From Somniosus microcephalus (taxonomy: Eukaryota), in assembly GCA_052327205.1 (NCBI GenBank), contig CM126215.1, positions 109,120,001 to 109,184,000 on the forward strand: DNA of 64,000 nucleotides, written 5' to 3'. Positions 61,820 to 64,000 of this stretch are shown one piece after another; within the stretch, counting starts at the first letter, position 1, and every line of letters begins with the position of its first letter. A model generated the notes under the pieces. It ran no database searches, was not told where the DNA came from, and worked only from the letters and a program-made list of their open reading frames with translations. The translations under genes were made by a program, and so were the position numbers.

Positions 61820-62842
61820 ATGGAGAAGATCCTCACACCAGCATGCCTGGACCTGGACAGTCGGGAAGCGGACGCTTCCACCAAGTTTGCTCACTGGCTC
61901 ATGTGCTTCGAGGCATTCCTGACTGCCTCCACTGCGGTCGTAACGGATGCGAACAAACTGTCTGTCCTGATCTCCAAGGTGAACCACCGAGTGTACTCAA
62001 TCATCCGGGACGCGACCTCGTACACAGCCGCCCTCCAGCTCCTCAAGACCCAGTACACGCGCCCTGTGAACGAAGTATACGCCAGGCACCTCCTGGGGAG
62101 TTGCAAGCAACAACCTGGGGAATCGACTGAGGAATACCTCCAAGCACTGTCCGTGCTTGGCCGGGCCTGTGGGTGTAAGGCGGTAACGCCCACTAAGTAC
62201 ACGGAGGAACTGATCCGGGATGCCTTCGTAGCGGGCCACAGGTCCAACTACACCCGACAACGACTGCTGGAGCAGAGTGACCTCACCCTCGGCAAAGCCT
62301 CCGAAATCGCACTAACGCTGGATGCAGCCTACCGGGGCATGGATGCCTACTCCTCTGCACCGTGGACGCCGCGGGGAACGACAACCTGGGACACGGTAGG
62401 ACAGCCCCATAGCACCGTGCCACCCCAGCCACAGCCCAACAATGGCCCAACCACCGCAGCAGTGTCCCAAAGCCAGACAGCAGTATCCCAAGGCCAGAAA
62501 TGCTACTTCTGTGGCCAGGCCAAACACCCCAGAGCGCGCTGCCCGGCGAAGAATGCGACCTGCTCGGGCTGTGGGAAAAAGGGACACTACGCTAGCGTCT
62601 GCAAGGCCAAAGCCACCCCGAATGCCAGCAGCACCGCGTGTGGGCCGTGCGAGCCGCCATCTTGGGCCCCCAACAGCGCCGCGTGTGGGCCGTGCGGGCC
62701 GCCATCTTGGGCCTCCCCAGCCATGTGCGAACCACCGCAGCAGCAGCCATCTTGGACGACTCCAGCCACATGGGAATCATGGACGCCGCCATCTTGGACG
62801 CCAGCCGGGACGCAGCAGGTCGCCAACCCCCCCCCCATCTGA
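61820..62842 (+). CDS. gag: Gypsy Gag
   Basis: YARHLL..KQQPGES, IRDAFVAG, CYFCGQAKHPRARCP, CSGCGKKGHYASVC; tandem ACGPCxPPSW repeats. Confidence 0.85.
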   Translation: MEKILTPACLDLDSREADASTKFAHWLMCFEAFLTASTAVVTDANKLSVLISKVNHRVYSIIRDATSYTAALQLLKTQYTRPVNEVYARHLLGSCKQQPGESTEEYLQALSVLGRACGCKAVTPTKYTEELIRDAFVAGHRSNYTRQRLLEQSDLTLGKASEIALTLDAAYRGMDAYSSAPWTPRGTTTWDTVGQPHSTVPPQPQPNNGPTTAAVSQSQTAVSQGQKCYFCGQAKHPRARCPAKNATCSGCGKKGHYASVCKAKATPNASSTACGPCEPPSWAPNSAACGPCGPPSWASPAMCEPPQQQPSWTTPATWESWTPPSWTPAGTQQVANPPPI

Positions 62843-64000
62843 TACCCGCAGCGACACACCGACCCCTACGCTGGCCTCTGTTACGCTGGACCAAACGAGA
62901 CCGCACCAACTAGCTCGGTCCAAAATGGATGTTAAGGTAAACGGCCATGCAATAAACTGCCTTTTTGACTCCGGGAGCACAGAGAGCTTCATCCACCCCG
63001 ACACGGTGCGGCGTTGCTCTCTCCCAGTCCTGCCTGCGCACCAGCGGATTTCTATGGCCGCCGAGTCCCAGTCAGCGGACATTGGCGGCTACTGCGTGGT
63101 GACACTAGTAGTAGACGGGACTGTGTTCAATAATTTTAAACTCCTGGTCCTGCCCCAACTTTGCGCTGCCGTTCTACTGGGGTTGGATTTCCAGTGCCAC
63201 CTCAAAAGCGTTACGATGGCGTACGGTGGCCCCCTCCCCCCACTCACAGTCCGCAGCCAGCAGCCTCCAAATTGCCCGCCGCGCACCAGATGCAACCTCT
63301 CCACACTCAGAGTCCCACCCCCCCCCACTGTTTGCTAACCTCACCCCCGACTGTAAGCCCATCGCCACAAAGAGCAGGCGATACAGTGCTGGGGACAGGG
63401 TTTTCATCAAAACCGAAGTGGAGCGGCTCCTGAAGGAGGGGATTATTGAGGGCAGCTCCAGCCCCTGGCGAGCCCAGGTTGTGGTCGTTAAGACCGGCGA
63501 GAAACAACGCCTGGTCATCGACTACAGCCAAACAATAAACCGCTACACCCTGCTGGACGCCTACCCACTCCCCCGCATAGCTGAAATGGTCAACCAGACC
63601 GCGCAGTACCGCGTCTTTTCGACCATTGACCTGAAATCAGCGTACCACCAGCTCCCTATCCGCCCCGAAGACCGCCAGTATACTGCTTTTGAGGCAAACG
63701 GCCGCCTCTATCATTTCCTTAGGGTTCCCTTTGGCGTTACCAACGGGGTCTCCGTCTTCCAAAGGGAGATGGACCGGATGGTCGATCAAAACGCGCTGCA
63801 GGCCACTTTCCCTTACCTAGACAATGTGACCATCTGCGGCCATGACTTGCAGGACCATGACGCAAACCTCGAGAAATTCCTCCGCACCGCCCAACTCCTG
63901 AACCTGACATATAACAAGGAGAAGTGAATATTCCGCACAGACTGCCTCACCATCCTTGGCTGTGTTGTGGAACACGGGGTCATCGGTCCCGACCCGGACC
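62843..64000 (+). pseudogene. pol: Gypsy protease plus RT, frameshifted at poly-C runs, stop at 63925
   Basis: CLFDSGSTES, LLGLDF, SPWRAQVVVV, DAYPLP, IDLKSAYHQ, VPFGVTNG, YLDN. Confidence 0.85.

Larger units (their letters stand above)
61561..64000 (+). mobile_element. Second Ty3/Gypsy LTR retrotransposon, 5' part (runs off the window)
   Basis: LTR-like TG...CA with TATA and AATAAA, then gag with zinc knuckles, protease FDSG and RT. Confidence 0.9.

Noticed and set aside
1-64000. Prokaryotic systems (CRISPR arrays, operons, retrons, defence islands)
   Set aside because: The sequence is vertebrate repeat-rich DNA; there are no repeat-spacer arrays, and all RTs belong to LINE or LTR elements

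Overview
Eukaryotic, repeat-dense vertebrate DNA, almost certainly a shark or other cartilaginous fish (HE1/V-SINEs, SacSINE1-like Deu-SINEs, many CR1 LINE tails). No host protein-coding gene could be supported; the window reads as intergenic or intronic DNA built from nested mobile elements. Main contents: (1) the 3' end of an endogenous retrovirus (1-4998) with a foamy/lokiretrovirus-like, paramyxovirus-F-like env and a 1.44 kb LTR; (2) an apparently intact two-gene PIF/Harbinger transposon (24056-28303; DDE transposase plus a convergent 3-exon Myb/SANT gene), with related MITEs and deletion derivatives; (3) a full-length Mag-like Gypsy element with identical LTRs (33279-38356) inserted in a CR1; (4) a near full-length Vingi/Ingi-like LINE (48503-51760) split by a related solo LTR; (5) the 5' part of a second Gypsy element (61561-end). 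This last element has no tRNA primer site, carries a perfect 14-nt self-complementary site at the PBS position, and has YLDN in place of the RT YxDD motif. All family assignments come from motif recognition, not database searches.
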